In this document: positions 9,529-23,716 of the stretch, piece after piece
How positions within the stretch are numbered: position 1 is the stretch's first letter
Layout of the letters: each line of letters opens with the position of its first letter
NCBI RefSeq assembly: GCF_006345805.1
Contig: NW_021832361.1
Span: 1 to 32,339, forward strand
Direction of reading: 5' to 3'
DNA from: Octopus sinensis
Lineage: Eukaryota
Length of the DNA: 32,339 nt
Made by a program: the position numbers and the translations under genes
Notes under the pieces: model-generated
What the model was told of the DNA's origin: nothing
What the model saw: only the letters and a program-made list of their open reading frames with translations
The model's database searches: none

Positions 9529-10107
9529 TAAGACATTCTATCGAGTGGCTACGAAAAAGCTGCTCATACACCTTTTAATTAAGATTTCACTCGGGAAAAT
9601 ACCTTCACGATGTCATTTGCAATATTTAAGTGAAAAGTGGAAGAGCAAAACATTTGATGAATATCTGCAGAGATTGGATTTGAAACAGGGACCTAACTGA
9701 TTGAAGGATTTAATAAAACGTCGACTGTATATTAACATGCAGACAAGCACGCTCACACACGTTTGCATACACGTTTAGCAAATCTGGTTGTAAAATGATT
9801 TTGAAATAGGATTAGATAGACCGGCTGAAAAACAGCAATTTATTTTACGCCTACGCTCATACAGACACACACACAACACACGCACACTACCGCACGAGCA
9901 GATGCACAAGTATCCATATGAATATATCTACGTATATGTGTGTGGGTCTCACTGCATGTATTATATGCCCTTATATACTTACTTCAATACATGCACAAGC
10001 ACCAATATAGAAATATACATCCGTATATGTATATATGTGTATATGTATATATGTATATATATATATATATAATATATATATGTGTGTGTGTGTGTATACA
10101 TATATAC

Positions 10108-10138
<31 letters not shown>

Positions 10139-11038
10139 ACTACAAAAACTGACACATACACGTACATACGCACACATGTATATAAAGAGTGAGACAGAAT
10201 CAGGTTGACTGCTGGAAATATTGATGCATACACGCATGTACACGTGTCAGTCATATATATAAGCACATGTACACGTATATTCACATAAGTGTGTATGTGT
10301 GTGTATATATATATGTGTGTACATATATATATGTGTGTGTGTGTGTATGTGTGTGTGTGTGTGTGTGTTAATTACTTTTGATGCAACATCATCCAACCCA
10401 TCGACTTAGCTTTAAATCCGCCAGAAACTCACAAACATTCGCACAAACACTTATACACATACATACATGTACATGTTTCAGAAGTGGATAACATGTGGTT
10501 GGTGGAGATTAAAAGTATATACCTGCAAATCGGCCCATCAATTCGAAGCTATTCTAAGACGAATTTTACAAGATTTTCATGCGTTCGTTATCAGAGACAG
10601 GGAAACACATTTCGCCATCTAAGGGAAAATTTACAGTCGGAATCCTTTGTTCGTAATTTATGTTTCTTTCAGAAATGCTTGATTGATGATAATAGCCGAC
10701 ATGCGTTGCCATTTCTCTTTCAATAAAACCCACCCTGTATAGGCATTATTTTATACGTTTCGCGCGCCTGGCCATAAAAATAAATCAATTCATCCCATTT
10801 GTTGTTTCTGAAATGCATCGCATTTTACTGACAGCTTTGTGTGTTTCAAGACAGGCTCGATATAAACCTATTTCCAAGACACATGTATATAACAGTATAT
10901 AAGTGTGTGTGTTCGTGTTTCTGTGTACGTGTGTGTGTGTGTGCGTATAAATGTGTGGATTTTACATGTATGCGGAACATTATAGGGAAGTATATATGCC
11001 TGTGCGTACATACAAATTTACATATGGATATATGTCAC

Positions 11039-11071
<33 letters not shown>

Positions 11072-11362
11072 ATACATATACACATGCACATATATACGCA
11101 TACAAATACATCTGTCGCACTCTCTACCGCTCTTTCCCTATGAATATATATACATATATATATATTAATGTGAAGATATAAAATTATATTTATATATACA
11201 CCTACACACCCATTTATGTGTGTATATATATAAATATATATATATATATAACACGTATATACATTTACTTCTTAATCTTCTCATACATATATATACATAT
11301 GTATATACATATGTGTATATATATATATATATGAGAAGAATAAGATGTAAATGTATTATATG

Positions 11363-11420
<58 letters not shown>

Positions 11421-11864
11421 TATGTATTTGTATATATATGAAGAGATACGCAGTACAGGAGTGTGTCAATACGAGTTTCTCATATGGATATAGGGAGCAT
11501 ATCCTTAATCGGATATTTACATAAACACTAACGCTTCTATCTTCATATTCATGGTGTTACTGTGTGAACCTGTTTTGTTACACAAACGAAAGTGTGAACA
11601 ACATATGTTGTGAAACGCCCGAATTACTTTGAATCCATTATTTGATAATAAAAGGTTAAGGTGGAAAGTTCTTACTGGTATAGCGAATGCTATCTCAATG
11701 TTAAACAACCCCGAACCACGATGGAATGGCGAAAAGTACGAAAATAGATTGTCAGATTAAAATATCGCTCTCGTAGGTCTACTGTAAGGATATATATTTC
11801 GGCGTACCTTATTTAATGCCTTGTGATGCGTGTACATATATATATATATACACACACACACACA

Positions 11865-11900
<36 letters not shown>

Positions 11901-11956
11901 CATATATATATATACATACATATATGCATACATATATATATACATACATATATATA

Positions 11957-12220
11957 TGCATAGATAATATACATAAATTACATATATATACATACATATA
12001 TATATAAACACATATATACACATATATATGTGTATGTATATATAACTACATGTAAATATATGTCTATATATATATATATATATGCATATGCATGTATAGG
12101 TACAGACACATGTATATGGATACATATATACATAGATATGTGTGTAAATATATATATATGTGTGTGTGGTATAATACATTATCAGGATATACTTCAATAT
12201 TGCAATATACTTATGGGTAA

Positions 12221-12278
<58 letters not shown>

Positions 12279-12851
12279 CATATATGTATATACGCTACAC
12301 ATGCATACATATATAAATATGTACATTGATGCATGCACATATACATGTGTGTGTGCAGTTTCTTCGCCCTTTCTATTTCGTATCCGCACCCACAGCTGCT
12401 TTTATATATAAATAAATGTATAGATCCTTTTGTCGGTGCTTTTCTTCTACCTAGGTCGTTGGAACAGCATTAAATATCCCGTCTTCGAGTTCTCTTTTAA
12501 CGCAATGGTACAGTTCACTGCTTTCACCCCCCGACTCCTGATCCTGGCCCTGAATATACGGCTTTCTCAACACTTTTAACAAACACAACACTCCTTAAAA
12601 TTTATAGAACAGCAATTGCTTAGAGCGATGAAAGATGCCTCACTCTATTGTCTATTTTGTGGTTCTTGTTGCATAGATTAGAATGTCGAACATAAAAATA
12701 CAACGGCTTCTGTCGTAATAAACGTGGGTTGGATTATAGCACACAAGCCTTGCATTCTAGGATGGTTGAGCATCGTTCATAGAGATACAGTGACTTAAAC
12801 GATCGTAAGAATCGCTCGCTTTCTCTCTAATTCTTCGTCTCTCAGTTTATC

Positions 12852-12944
<93 letters not shown>

Positions 12945-13185
12945 TTCCTTGGCTTCTTTGCTGACGAGACAGGCCAGATGGAAACGAATTTGATTTAATT
13001 AAATTGGTTTACCAAAGTCTCGAATCTATGCATGGTCCGAAGATGATAAGGGTAAATGTTTTTATTTCTCCTTTGGTTTCAGAATTACAACTATTTGGCG
13101 GTTTGAGTTTGGCTGCTCTTTTCAGTGGGTCGAATGGCCTTTCAGGGCCATTGCGTAATATTGTTGAAATCACATATATATATAT

Positions 13186-13219
<34 letters not shown>

Positions 13220-13416
13220 CCTACAAAACCCGTAACCTGGGGTTGTCATGCTCCTCTTAGGGATAAGGGCCGGAACAATTTTTGAGGCAGCGTTTCTTCC
13301 CTGAAATGCTTCTCCTGCTTAGATCCTTAGGAGTTTCTTGCCATTAGAGAGATTGAGCGAGAGAGAGGGAATAGCAGGAGAAGTGAGAGAAGTAGTGATG
13401 TAGATACAGTTGAGAA

Positions 13417-13452
<36 letters not shown>

Positions 13453-13751
13453 CATATACATATATATATATGCATAGATAATATACATAATTACATATAT
13501 ATACATACATATATATATAAACACATATATACACATATATATGTGTATGTATATATAACTACATGTAAATATATGTCTATATATATATATATATATGCAT
13601 ATGCATGTATAGGTACAGACACATGTATATGGATACATATATACATAGATATGTGTGTAAATATATATATATATGTGTGTGTGTGTATAATACATTATAG
13701 GATATACTTCAATATTGCAATATACTTATGGGTAAGTATATATATATATAT

Positions 13752-13791
<40 letters not shown>

Positions 13792-14367
13792 CATATATGT
13801 ATATACGCATACACATGCATACATATATAAATATGTACATTGATGCATGCACATATACATGTGTGTGTGCAGTTTCTTCGCCCTTTCTATTTCGTATCCG
13901 CACCCACAGCCTGCTTTTATATATAAATAAATGTATAGATCCTTTTGTCGGTGCTTTTCTTCTACCTAGGTCGTTGGAACAGCATTAAATATCCCGTCTT
14001 CGAGTTCTCTTTTAACGCAATGGTACAGTTCACTGCTTTCACCCCCCGACTCCTGATCCTGGCCCTGAATATACGGCTTTCTCAACACTTTTAACAAACA
14101 CAACACTCCTTAAAATTTATAGAACAGCAATTGCTTAGAGCGATGAAAGATGCCTCACTCTATTGTCTATTTTGTGGTTCTTGTTGCATAGATTAGAATG
14201 TCGAACATAAAAATACAACGGCTTCTGTCGTAATAAACGTGGGTTGGATTATAGCACACAAGCCTTGCATTCTTAGGATGGTTGAGCATCGTTCATAGAG
14301 ATACAGTGACTTAAATGATCGTAAGAATCGCTCGCTTTCTCTCTAATTCTTCGTCTCTCAGTTTATC

Positions 14368-14457
<90 letters not shown>

Positions 14458-14943
14458 TTCCTTGGCTTCTTTGCTGACGAGACAGGCCAGATGGAAACGA
14501 ATTTGATTTAATTAAATTGGTTTACCAAAGTCTCGAATCTATGCATGGTCCGAAGATGATAAGGGTAAATGTTTTTATTTCTCCTTTGGTTTCAGAATTA
14601 CAACTATTTGGCGGTTTGAGTTTGGCTGCTCTTTTCAGTGGGTCGAATGGCCTTTCAGGGCCATTGCGTAATATTGTTGAAATCACATATATATATATAT
14701 AATATATATATATATATATAATATATATATCCTACAAAACCCGTAACCTGGGGTTGTCATGCTCCTCTTAGGGATAAGGGCCGGAACAATTTTTGAGGCA
14801 GCGTTTCTTCCCTGAAATGCTTCTCCTGCTTAGATCCCTTAGGAGTTTCTTGCCATTAGAGAGATTGAGCGAGAGAGAGGAATAGCAGGAGAAGTGAGAG
14901 AAGTAGTGATGTAGATACAGTTGAGAAATATATATATATATAT

Positions 14944-14978
<35 letters not shown>

Positions 14979-14981
14979 ATA
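11957..14981. repeat. Direct tandem duplication, unit about 1514 bp (11957-13470 and 13471-~14981)
   Basis: Unique segments recur at an offset of about 1511-1514 (e.g. TGCATAGATAAT at 11957 and 13471). The same ORFs appear twice in the track. Confidence 0.95.
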
Positions 14982-14999
14982 TATATATATTATATAGAC

Positions 15000-15032
<33 letters not shown>

Positions 15033-15491
15033 GAGTAAGAGGGAGATGGATGTGTGTGACAGACTGATAAGCAAACAGAAGGATAGAATGCTTGGTTCGG
15101 ATTCTAGAAGTGTGAACAATAAAATATGAAAGTCCTCATTCGTTTGCTCTTCAGTGCTTGTGTCTCCAGTTGGTGCAATGGCCAATATCATAGCATGATT
15201 TAAAATATACCAGTTCTTATCTTACAATTTTTTTTACTTCCCAAAGACATGGAAATTGACCAAATTTCCACTTCTTTTATTCCGTGTGCAAACATATCAT
15301 ACTAATAGATTTAAGAATGTCGATAATTAGTGTAATGATATATATATGTCCGTGACCTTTTGTGTGTGTTTGTGCGTGAGCTTGTGCCTATGCTTGTAAC
15401 TGCTTCTGTGTATCTGCATATATATATACACACACACACACACATATATATATATATGCGTTTATATACACACACGCACACACACACATAT

Positions 15492-15542
<51 letters not shown>

Positions 15543-15549
15543 ATGTATG

Positions 15550-15581
<32 letters not shown>

Positions 15582-16971
15582 ATATATATTATATATATAT
15601 ATATGTATATATATGTCTATATGTATATATGCATATATGTGTGTATGTCTTTGGAGGCAATATTTACGTACGAGATATTGGAGAGATAAAAAAATATATG
15701 TGAATGCCCTGAAAGGCGATCACACTGAGATGTTCGCAAATACATGTATGTGTGTGTTAGTGTGTGTGTGAGAGAGAGAAAGAGAGAGAGAAAGAGAGAG
15801 GGAGGGAGAGAGAGAGAACGACAGATAGTGGAAATCCACATTACTTACAGACTAGAAATGCGAGCATTTACATAGATTACTAAATAGAATAAGATATACA
15901 AATGTTTTCTGAATAGCTTCTATAACTGTGTATATATATTCACATATATTTGTTTGCGTGTGTTTCGAGTGTGTGTAAGTCTATTTGACCTTTTGATTAA
16001 ATAAGTTTAATTTATCCAGCGCATACATGAAGTTTATATACACATTCGAATGGAAAATGTGTTATGAATAAATATTCTGCTGTTCGAAATTAGTTGTGAG
16101 TGTGAGCTGCATATATAGATATTCGCATATAATTACGTACGTAGCATTACATTCTTACATATGTGTACTTACAGACATATGTACTTATTTATGTCTGTGT
16201 GCGTATGTGTGTATGTATACATACATTACCTTACTGTATGTTTGTATGTATTTATTCGTATATGCAAACATACAAATATACATATATACGTATGTATACA
16301 TATGATATAAGAACTCAATTAGGATGAAAGTTCAGTATGGCTGTTTCAGACGGGTTTTTATCGAAGAATAATTCCATTACGTCATCGACAAAACGTTTTC
16401 TTTACGTTGAATGAAAAACTGCTAATTTGCTTCGGAAAAAAAATACTGTATAAAAATATACTATTTGCATTGACCTTCTCATTTCGGAATCTTTTTCTAT
16501 GAAAACGAAAGAAGACATCTTTTCAGAATGCAATCGAATTATTCCTCAATAAAAAATGTGTCCAAAACAGTTGTGATGGACCTTTAATCCATTTTGTCTG
16601 TGTCTACTTTTGCTTTGTATATATTTGTACATACACCGTTTCTGGAACATTCTCCATGTTGTATCTGAAACTTACATTGGATCGTGAAGCTAGATGTGGC
16701 TGTGCATAGGTATGCAATTTTATGCACATGTAAATTTATACGATTGTGCATATTTGTATGCACCTACTTGTATGTGTAAGTGTCTGACTATGTATATGCA
16801 TGTGTGTAAGGCTATTTTTCCACATGATATACGCAGGGATGCACAGATTTAGACTCCGGAGAGTCTACATACTATCAAAATACCTTCGTGTTTTTCAAAT
16901 GAACCACTAAAAAATATATTATATGCGTATCTGTGCGTGTGTGTATATATACATGCATACATCCATACATG

Positions 16972-17158
16972 AGGCGGCGAGCTGGCAGACACGTTAGCGC
17001 GCCGGGCGAAATGCTTAGCGATAATTCGTCTGTCGCTACGTTCTGAGTTCAAATTCCGCCGAGGTCAAATTTGCCTTTCATGCTTTCGGGGTCGATAAAT
17101 AAAGTACCAGTTTCGCACTGGGGTCGATGTAATCGACTTAATCCCTTTGTCTGTCCTT
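16972..17158 (+). mobile_element. SINE family A, 3'-truncated
   Basis: GAGGCGGCGAGCTGGCAGACACGTTAGC...GAGTTCAAATTCCGCCGAGG...GTCGATGTAATCGACTTAATCCC. Confidence 0.92.
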
Positions 17159-17201
17159 AATCCATCTGTGTGTCCACACATACACACACACACACACACG
17201 C

Positions 17202-17479
<278 letters not shown>

Positions 17480-18534
17480 TGTATATCAGTTTGTGTATTT
17501 GTGTGTGTGTATGTGTGTGAGTGTGACTTTAAACCGCATGCGGTATTTCGGAAGTTCTGGATTTCTATTGTTGTCACCTCTTCATTATTATTAATCCCAG
17601 GTCTCCTGTGACCAGAAGTTTTAATAGTTGTCAGAGGCAAAACTTTGAGTTAAATAGATTTCCCATTGCTACAGGAAGCTCCCATTATTTTTGACAAATC
17701 TGTCTTTATGTCAGTGTATATTTCTCTCACAAAGATTCCCTGACATAAAACTTGTAATCCCAATGGGACCAGTAATAACGCAGCAGTTATAGAAACATTT
17801 CTTGCTTAAATCCAATAACATACAATCGTCTAACTCTCATTTCGTATCTTGTTCCGTTTTGCATTTTATGTAGTCCTATGCTGAGGGATGCGTAGCGGCA
17901 TGAAATATTATATCAGTATATATGCAGGGATAAAACTAAATCGGCAGAATATCAGACGACTACCGTCTAATGAGACGAGGACATTTATAATTGCGTATGT
18001 ATGAGTGCGTTGGTGTAAGAAAGACTGTAATTTTACGTCCCCGTATGGGGAATAATATTTAGGTATACGTCAAAGTAAAAATCGTTAGGACAAACTGTAG
18101 AGTGATATCAGATTTATACGTGGGAGGATGTCAAATACGAAATACATTGAAAGAGGCCAACGGATTTGCGGTAGACCAATGATTGAAGGCATGTATCATA
18201 TACTAAGGCATGTATCATGTCTCTTATATGATTCAGCACAAGCTGAATCAAATCACTTTATTAGAATTTATTACTATAGAACCACATCACTCAGGAAAGC
18301 GGCGTAAATTTATATGGTATAATTACCTGAGATATTCCGCATTCCATGACGCAGCTATACCACCCTTGAGAGAAATTCTCTGAAACCATCAATATGTGAA
18401 TATAGACGTATAAGATTTTAAATGGTACTCATCAAAATGTGTTCGCTGATTCAGATATTGGTGATCCCAAACTCCTCGCATAATACTCGTAATATCCATT
18501 TTTGATACTCCGTTTATCGATATATTCTTTTCTT

Positions 18535-18597
18535 CTTTTATTCGTTTATTCGTTTCAGCCATATGGTTGCGGTCATGCTTGAGCACCACCGTGTTTT
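18535..18597 (-). mobile_element. SINE family B 3' tail fragment
   Basis: TTTCAGCCATATGGTTGCGGTCATGCTTGAGCACCACC resembles TTTTAGTCATTTGACTGCGGCCATGCTGGAGCACCGCC at 2730-2767. Confidence 0.6.
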
Positions 18598-18896
18598 TGA
18601 ACTTGTAGATATGATTTTTATTTCGCTCATTTCTACATGGTAGTGGGAGTCCATATTACAACTACTCTCAGGGGTAGTATAACATGCGTCTCTACTCAAA
18701 GGAAGTATGTTTATGTACGCAATCACATAGTTAAATACACGAGAATTCTCACACAGAGACGACCGTGCTCAGAGACAAACGCAGATTTTCATTTCGATTT
18801 GAGAGTTGGAACACATTCACAGGGGGTTCTTTCTTTTACTTATGGTTAAGGCATAGTATTAGGTAATAGAAATGTTTTCAAATCATATGAAAATAT

Positions 18897-18959
<63 letters not shown>

Positions 18960-19132
18960 ATTAAAAAATTGTCATTAAAATGATTGAATTTTATCTTTGG
19001 CAGAGCATGTAATAAAACCTTTTACTTAAAATAAATATAAAAATATATATAAAAACCCTGCTCGGTAAAATACATATATCCAGATATGTAATTGTATAGG
19101 GTACACGTATACGTAAGGGCACGTAAGCTAAC

Positions 19133-19284
19133 ATGCCTATATGCTGAAAGTAGACGCCAAATACGTCCAAACACTGCTGACATTCACTCCACTTATATAC
19201 GCATATTTCAACCTGAGTATATATGTGGAGGGAATATTTGCAGTGTTTGGACGTATTCAGCGTCTACTTTCAGCATATAGGCAT
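19133..19284. mobile_element. Foldback / MITE-like element with 68-bp arms and a 16-nt spacer
   Basis: 19133-19200 versus the reverse complement of 19217-19284: about 61/68 identical by eye. The right end runs into (TA)n. Confidence 0.65.
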
Positions 19285-19412
19285 ATATATATATATATAT
19301 ATATATATCCATCTCTCTCTTTCTGTCTCTCTTTCTCCCTCACTCTCTGTATATATAGATATATATATGTATATATATACATACACACGCACACACATAC
19401 ACACACACATAT

Positions 19413-19454
<42 letters not shown>

Positions 19455-19472
19455 TAAATATATATATTATGC

Positions 19473-19524
<52 letters not shown>

Positions 19525-20546
19525 TATATAGGGGCTGGTGATTGTACTATAAACACACACATATATATATATATACATATATATATGTATATACATACAT
19601 AACGACGCATAAAAACACACATATACAGACGCATGCACATGTGATTGTGTATGTGTATGTATGTGTGTGTATACCTATGAAAGTATTCCTTCATATTTTC
19701 TCCTAACTAATATTATGAATTTACTTCAACCAACCTGTTTTCCCCAAACAAATTTGACCCAAACATATTGTTTATTCTATCCACAGCATAAATAGCGCAA
19801 CGAAACCAACAATATACACTGTGATATGTTAATATATTCTGTATGTTTAATCTCCGTACATGCGTCATACATAACCGTTAAGGTTTCGTTACAATCCATC
19901 CCGAAGGGACTTATAAACACTTTCTTTTTAAAACACTAAACTTTTATTTATTCTACTATGTATGTTCAGCGATAAACTGTGAACCGTATATCAGTATTCT
20001 TTCTACCGTGGTCTGTAATATGACTATATTGGAAAAAGTTAATAATACTTTTAAAGATTTGCTAAAATGAAAATTAATATAAAGATGACTTGAGGGAAGT
20101 GTTTTGTTTTCAACTTTTTATTATCTACCCAATATTTCTTCGCCTTTCCCAAACACCATCATTATTTTTTTCATAACTTTTCGTTTATCTCTAGTAGATC
20201 TCCAAGATATATAAAGCCTCTCTTTCTCATTATTATTAATAATATTATCATCATGATTATCGTTCTCCGGTTTCTGCAGTTTGCTTTGTTACTTTTATTT
20301 GATTTTCTCCTTTGCTTGTGTACTTTAAATGTAACGTTTTAGTGCTTTATGAGTTATCTGATACCCCGCAGACAGATTTCTTGAATTTTCGGTGACTTAT
20401 TAAAATAGCAACATTCCTGAACGGGATATAAATTTCTTTCTGAAATTAAATCAGTTCTCATTCGGCATTAAGTCTTCGTATCATTTCCGCTTCACGAACA
20501 TTATGACTCGTGTGGCGTTAGCTGATTTCTCTCTTCTCCTCCATCC

Positions 20547-20547
<1 letters not shown>

Positions 20548-20607
<60 letters not shown>
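20548..20607. repeat. (TATC)15 microsatellite
   Basis: Perfect tetranucleotide run. Confidence 0.95.
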
Positions 20608-21129
20608 GAAGTCTCTTCATACATGCAGATATGCACTAAGAATGAGAACTAATGTATAAGTATATACGAGAACTAATAAACAAAAAATATAGTCAAGCAT
20701 AATCATATAAAAGTGAATGAGTCGCGCCTTTACATAGTCGCATCACACACAATACAGAACCATACACCCTCACATATGTACATACAGCGCTACGTACACT
20801 CATACGCACATATATATGATATTTGTATCATAATTGTAATAGTCCACGTATCGAAACGTTCGGTGGATGCTTCTCCTGAAATCATATAGATTATTTAAGA
20901 TGCTTAAAGTAAATATACGTATTTGCATGTGTCTATGAATATATGTGTGTACGCAAGTGTATATATATATATATACATATATATGTATATATATGGGAGC
21001 GTGTGTGTGTGTGTGTGTGTGTCTCTCTCTGCGTATATGTGGGTGGGTGGGTTTGTATACATGTATAAAGCAAGCATGTTTGGTATCATTATTAAATCAT
21101 AAAAGGCAGTAAAATGAAAGAATTAATTG

Positions 21130-21295
21130 TTAGTTCTCCGGACAACATACTTAACACCAATCTATCCCTCTTTATGTTCTGAGCTCGAATTTCACCGGTG
21201 TCCAAATAGTCTTCCAAGATTCCGGGGTAGATAAAAGTAACTTATTAACGCGATCAAAATCTGCGGGACCTGCGGCAAAATTTGAAACCTTTATT
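21130..21295 (+). mobile_element. Highly diverged family A-related SINE remnant
   Basis: GTTCTGAGCTCGAATTTCACC (B-box-like), CCGGGGTAGATAAAA, and AAAATTTGAAACC shared with the tail of the 21463 copy. Confidence 0.45.
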
Positions 21296-21462
21296 CACAT
21301 GTAAGAAGGCGATATATCGGGAGAAACGTAGGAAGCCGGACAAAATTGAAAGCAGCAGCTTTTCTGTCTCTAAATTCTGAGATCAAACTTAAAATACCGC
21401 TGCATACGACTTTACATTTCATTCTTTTGGTAAATCTATTCCAATAAAGTTAAAAATTAATG

Positions 21463-21695
21463 TGGTGCGATGGCAGAGTCGTTAGCACGCCGAGCGAAAA
21501 GTTTAGTGTTACCTCACCACTCTTTACTCTGCGAGTTCTAATCGTGCTCAGGTAGGGGTAGTCTTTCATACTTTCGGGATCGATAAAATAAGGAAAATAA
21601 GAATACATCTAAGAAAGCTGAGCAATTGTGTCGATGTAATCGACTACCTGCCTCCTGGAAATCGCTGTGCTTGTATCCAAAAGTTTGAAACCAAT
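21463..21695 (+). mobile_element. Diverged family A SINE with a variant tail
   Basis: TGGCAGAGTCGTTAGCACGCCGAGCGAAA...CTTTCATACTTTCGGGATCGATAAAATAAG...GTCGATGTAATCGACT. Confidence 0.7.
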
Positions 21696-22506
21696 ATTAT
21701 AAGCAGGTATTATAATACATACGTTGATAAGAGCTAAGGTAATACTTATATAGGTAGTATAACAACGTAAAACAAACTTTGCCTGAGGAGAAAATAGCTA
21801 GCTAATCAATCATATCACTTTAATTATTTCAGTAGACTAATTGACGAATATTGTTTATTTGAAGGCTCCGTGTAATTATTTCGAATAAGTAATTTTTCAT
21901 TTCTTACTACAAGTATTGATTGATACTTAGTCGTTTTTTCTTAGCGTTGGTTTCTCTCTCTCCCCACTCTGCCTCTCCTCCTCCTTTCTCTACCTTCCTC
22001 TCTTTCTCTTTCTTAACGAAATCTCAATTTTTTTGCCCATTTTCATTACTCCACCAATTGTAAAAGCTTTTAGATTTACACAGATATTTCACTTTTTTTG
22101 TATTTTTTTTTTTAGTTTGTTATGTATTGTCATTTAAGTTTCTTTTTCACTAAACTCATTAACTCCGAAACATGCCCGATGTTATTTCTTAAACTTGCAG
22201 AAATATTTAAAAGTAATATTTGTTCGTTCGTCATATGTTATTCCATTCACCGTGTACCCATTTATGATAATTTTAGTACATTTGTGATATAATTTCAAAA
22301 ACCAATTACAGTATGTTCTCTATATAAGTATATATTTATTATTGCAATGTACTATGACTATATGCGTATAGTATGATATATCAAAAGCATATAGCGTCCG
22401 ATACAATATAAAGCAGGTGGAAATTTCGAAAAATATAAAAAAGAGAAAGAGAAATAGGTAGAACGCATTAAGTTTAGTTCAATGATCCTTATCCTTGTAT
22501 ATTTAG

Positions 22507-22597
22507 CATATAATCATCGTCGACATTATCCGGAGCATCAACGTCGTCGTTATCATCATCATCATCATCGTCATCATCATCATGATGATCATCATCA
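22507..22597. repeat. (CAT)n/(CGT) trinucleotide microsatellite
   Basis: Visible run with variant units. Confidence 0.85.
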
Positions 22598-23133
22598 GTT
22601 TATGCTCAGGTAAGACTATAACTTCTTTCACTCTCTGACTTTAACTGTTTTTGTGCTTCCGAAAAAAGATTCCGATTTCAGAACCAACGTTTATATCACA
22701 ATACTTTCTGAGCATTTTTTGGAAATCTCCATTCCTGCTTCTCTGCATTGCCTACTTTGTAATATTGACCAACACGAATATGTATATGTATATGTGTGTG
22801 TGTGTGTTTGTCAACCAGTCTACTTGTCTCTTTGCCTGTGTGCCTATGTATGTATGTATATATGCATGTATGTGTGTATGCATGTTTGTTTGGGTTTTTT
22901 TTCGCAAAAAAATAATTCTTATTTTCCTTTTAAAAATCTGACATCGCTATTATCCAAAAAACGAATTATAAATAAATATGTTTCAAATGAAAATTATTTC
23001 CATTTCTTAAAAAAAAAACCAAGATTTTGAAAAAGGTCAAACATGAACAAGTTATGGTTGGCTACGTATTCTGAAAAAAAAAAGAGAGAGAAGAAAACAC
23101 CTATGCGGGTGTTCAACATTTGTTCTTGTGTCT

Positions 23134-23168
23134 TTATTTATTTATTTATTTATTTATTTATTATTTAT
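23134..23168. repeat. (TTTA)n microsatellite
   Basis: Visible run. Confidence 0.9.
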
Positions 23169-23716
23169 GCAATAGTCACCAGACCGTAGCATTTTCATGT
23201 TTAAGCTTTTTTTCAAATATGTTCCTTTTCTTTTCAATATTTTTTCTTATTTTTCTGTAATTTTTATTTCATTTTTTATTTATTATTTTTTTTTCTGAAT
23301 TTTCTTCATCATATGTTTGAAGCAGAGGAATTTCGGAAAAAAATGTCCACAAATGCAGCTTTGCGTTAAGGGGAGAGAAAACATGCTTCTTCTGAAAATG
23401 TATCACGTAAACAATCACAGCCACACGACATTTCTTTTTTTTCGTTTTTCAATTTCTGAGTTTCTACTTCCTTTATATTTACGCGGCAGGCATTAAGCTA
23501 TACACCTTTTCATATTTGTCTTGGGTGGGGGTATGTTGTTCGTGAATTTTGTCCTTCAAATTTCTGCTAATAAATCACTAAAAATATCTCACAAACTGAA
23601 TAACTTGTCACATGGTTATGGGTAGATGCTTGCCCCCCCCCCAAGCTCTACACACTGGCAGATTATTAAATCAAAGACTTGTCAAACTTCGACATCTTTA
23701 ATAAAGCACACAATGC

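Noticed and set aside
12188-12224. Strong donor GG|GTAAGT after a 31-nt segment, present in both duplicate copies
   Set aside because: There is no polypyrimidine tract and it is embedded in simple repeats.
12795-12810. AAACGATCGTA resembling a palindromic hammerhead stem III
   Set aside because: It is preceded by T rather than G, and there is no CTGANGA core upstream.
12956-13017. Hammerhead-like CTGACGA...GAAAC with possible CTTTG/CAAAG stem I, repeated in the duplicate near 14470
   Set aside because: Stem II has no closing pair, and extra bases lie between the UH site and stem I, so the geometry does not fit.
16677-16700. Possible 24-nt minus-strand microexon with a GTAAGT donor
   Set aside because: It has a mediocre acceptor and no other support. 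Such sites are expected by chance in 32 kb.
18186-18218. Short local repeats: AAGGCATGTATCAT direct pair, ACAACATATGTTGT palindrome near 11600, TAGACTC/GAGTCTA hairpin near 16848, TTTATGTCAG/CTGACATAAA near 17707-17749
   Set aside because: Each is short and isolated, and compatible with chance or local slippage.
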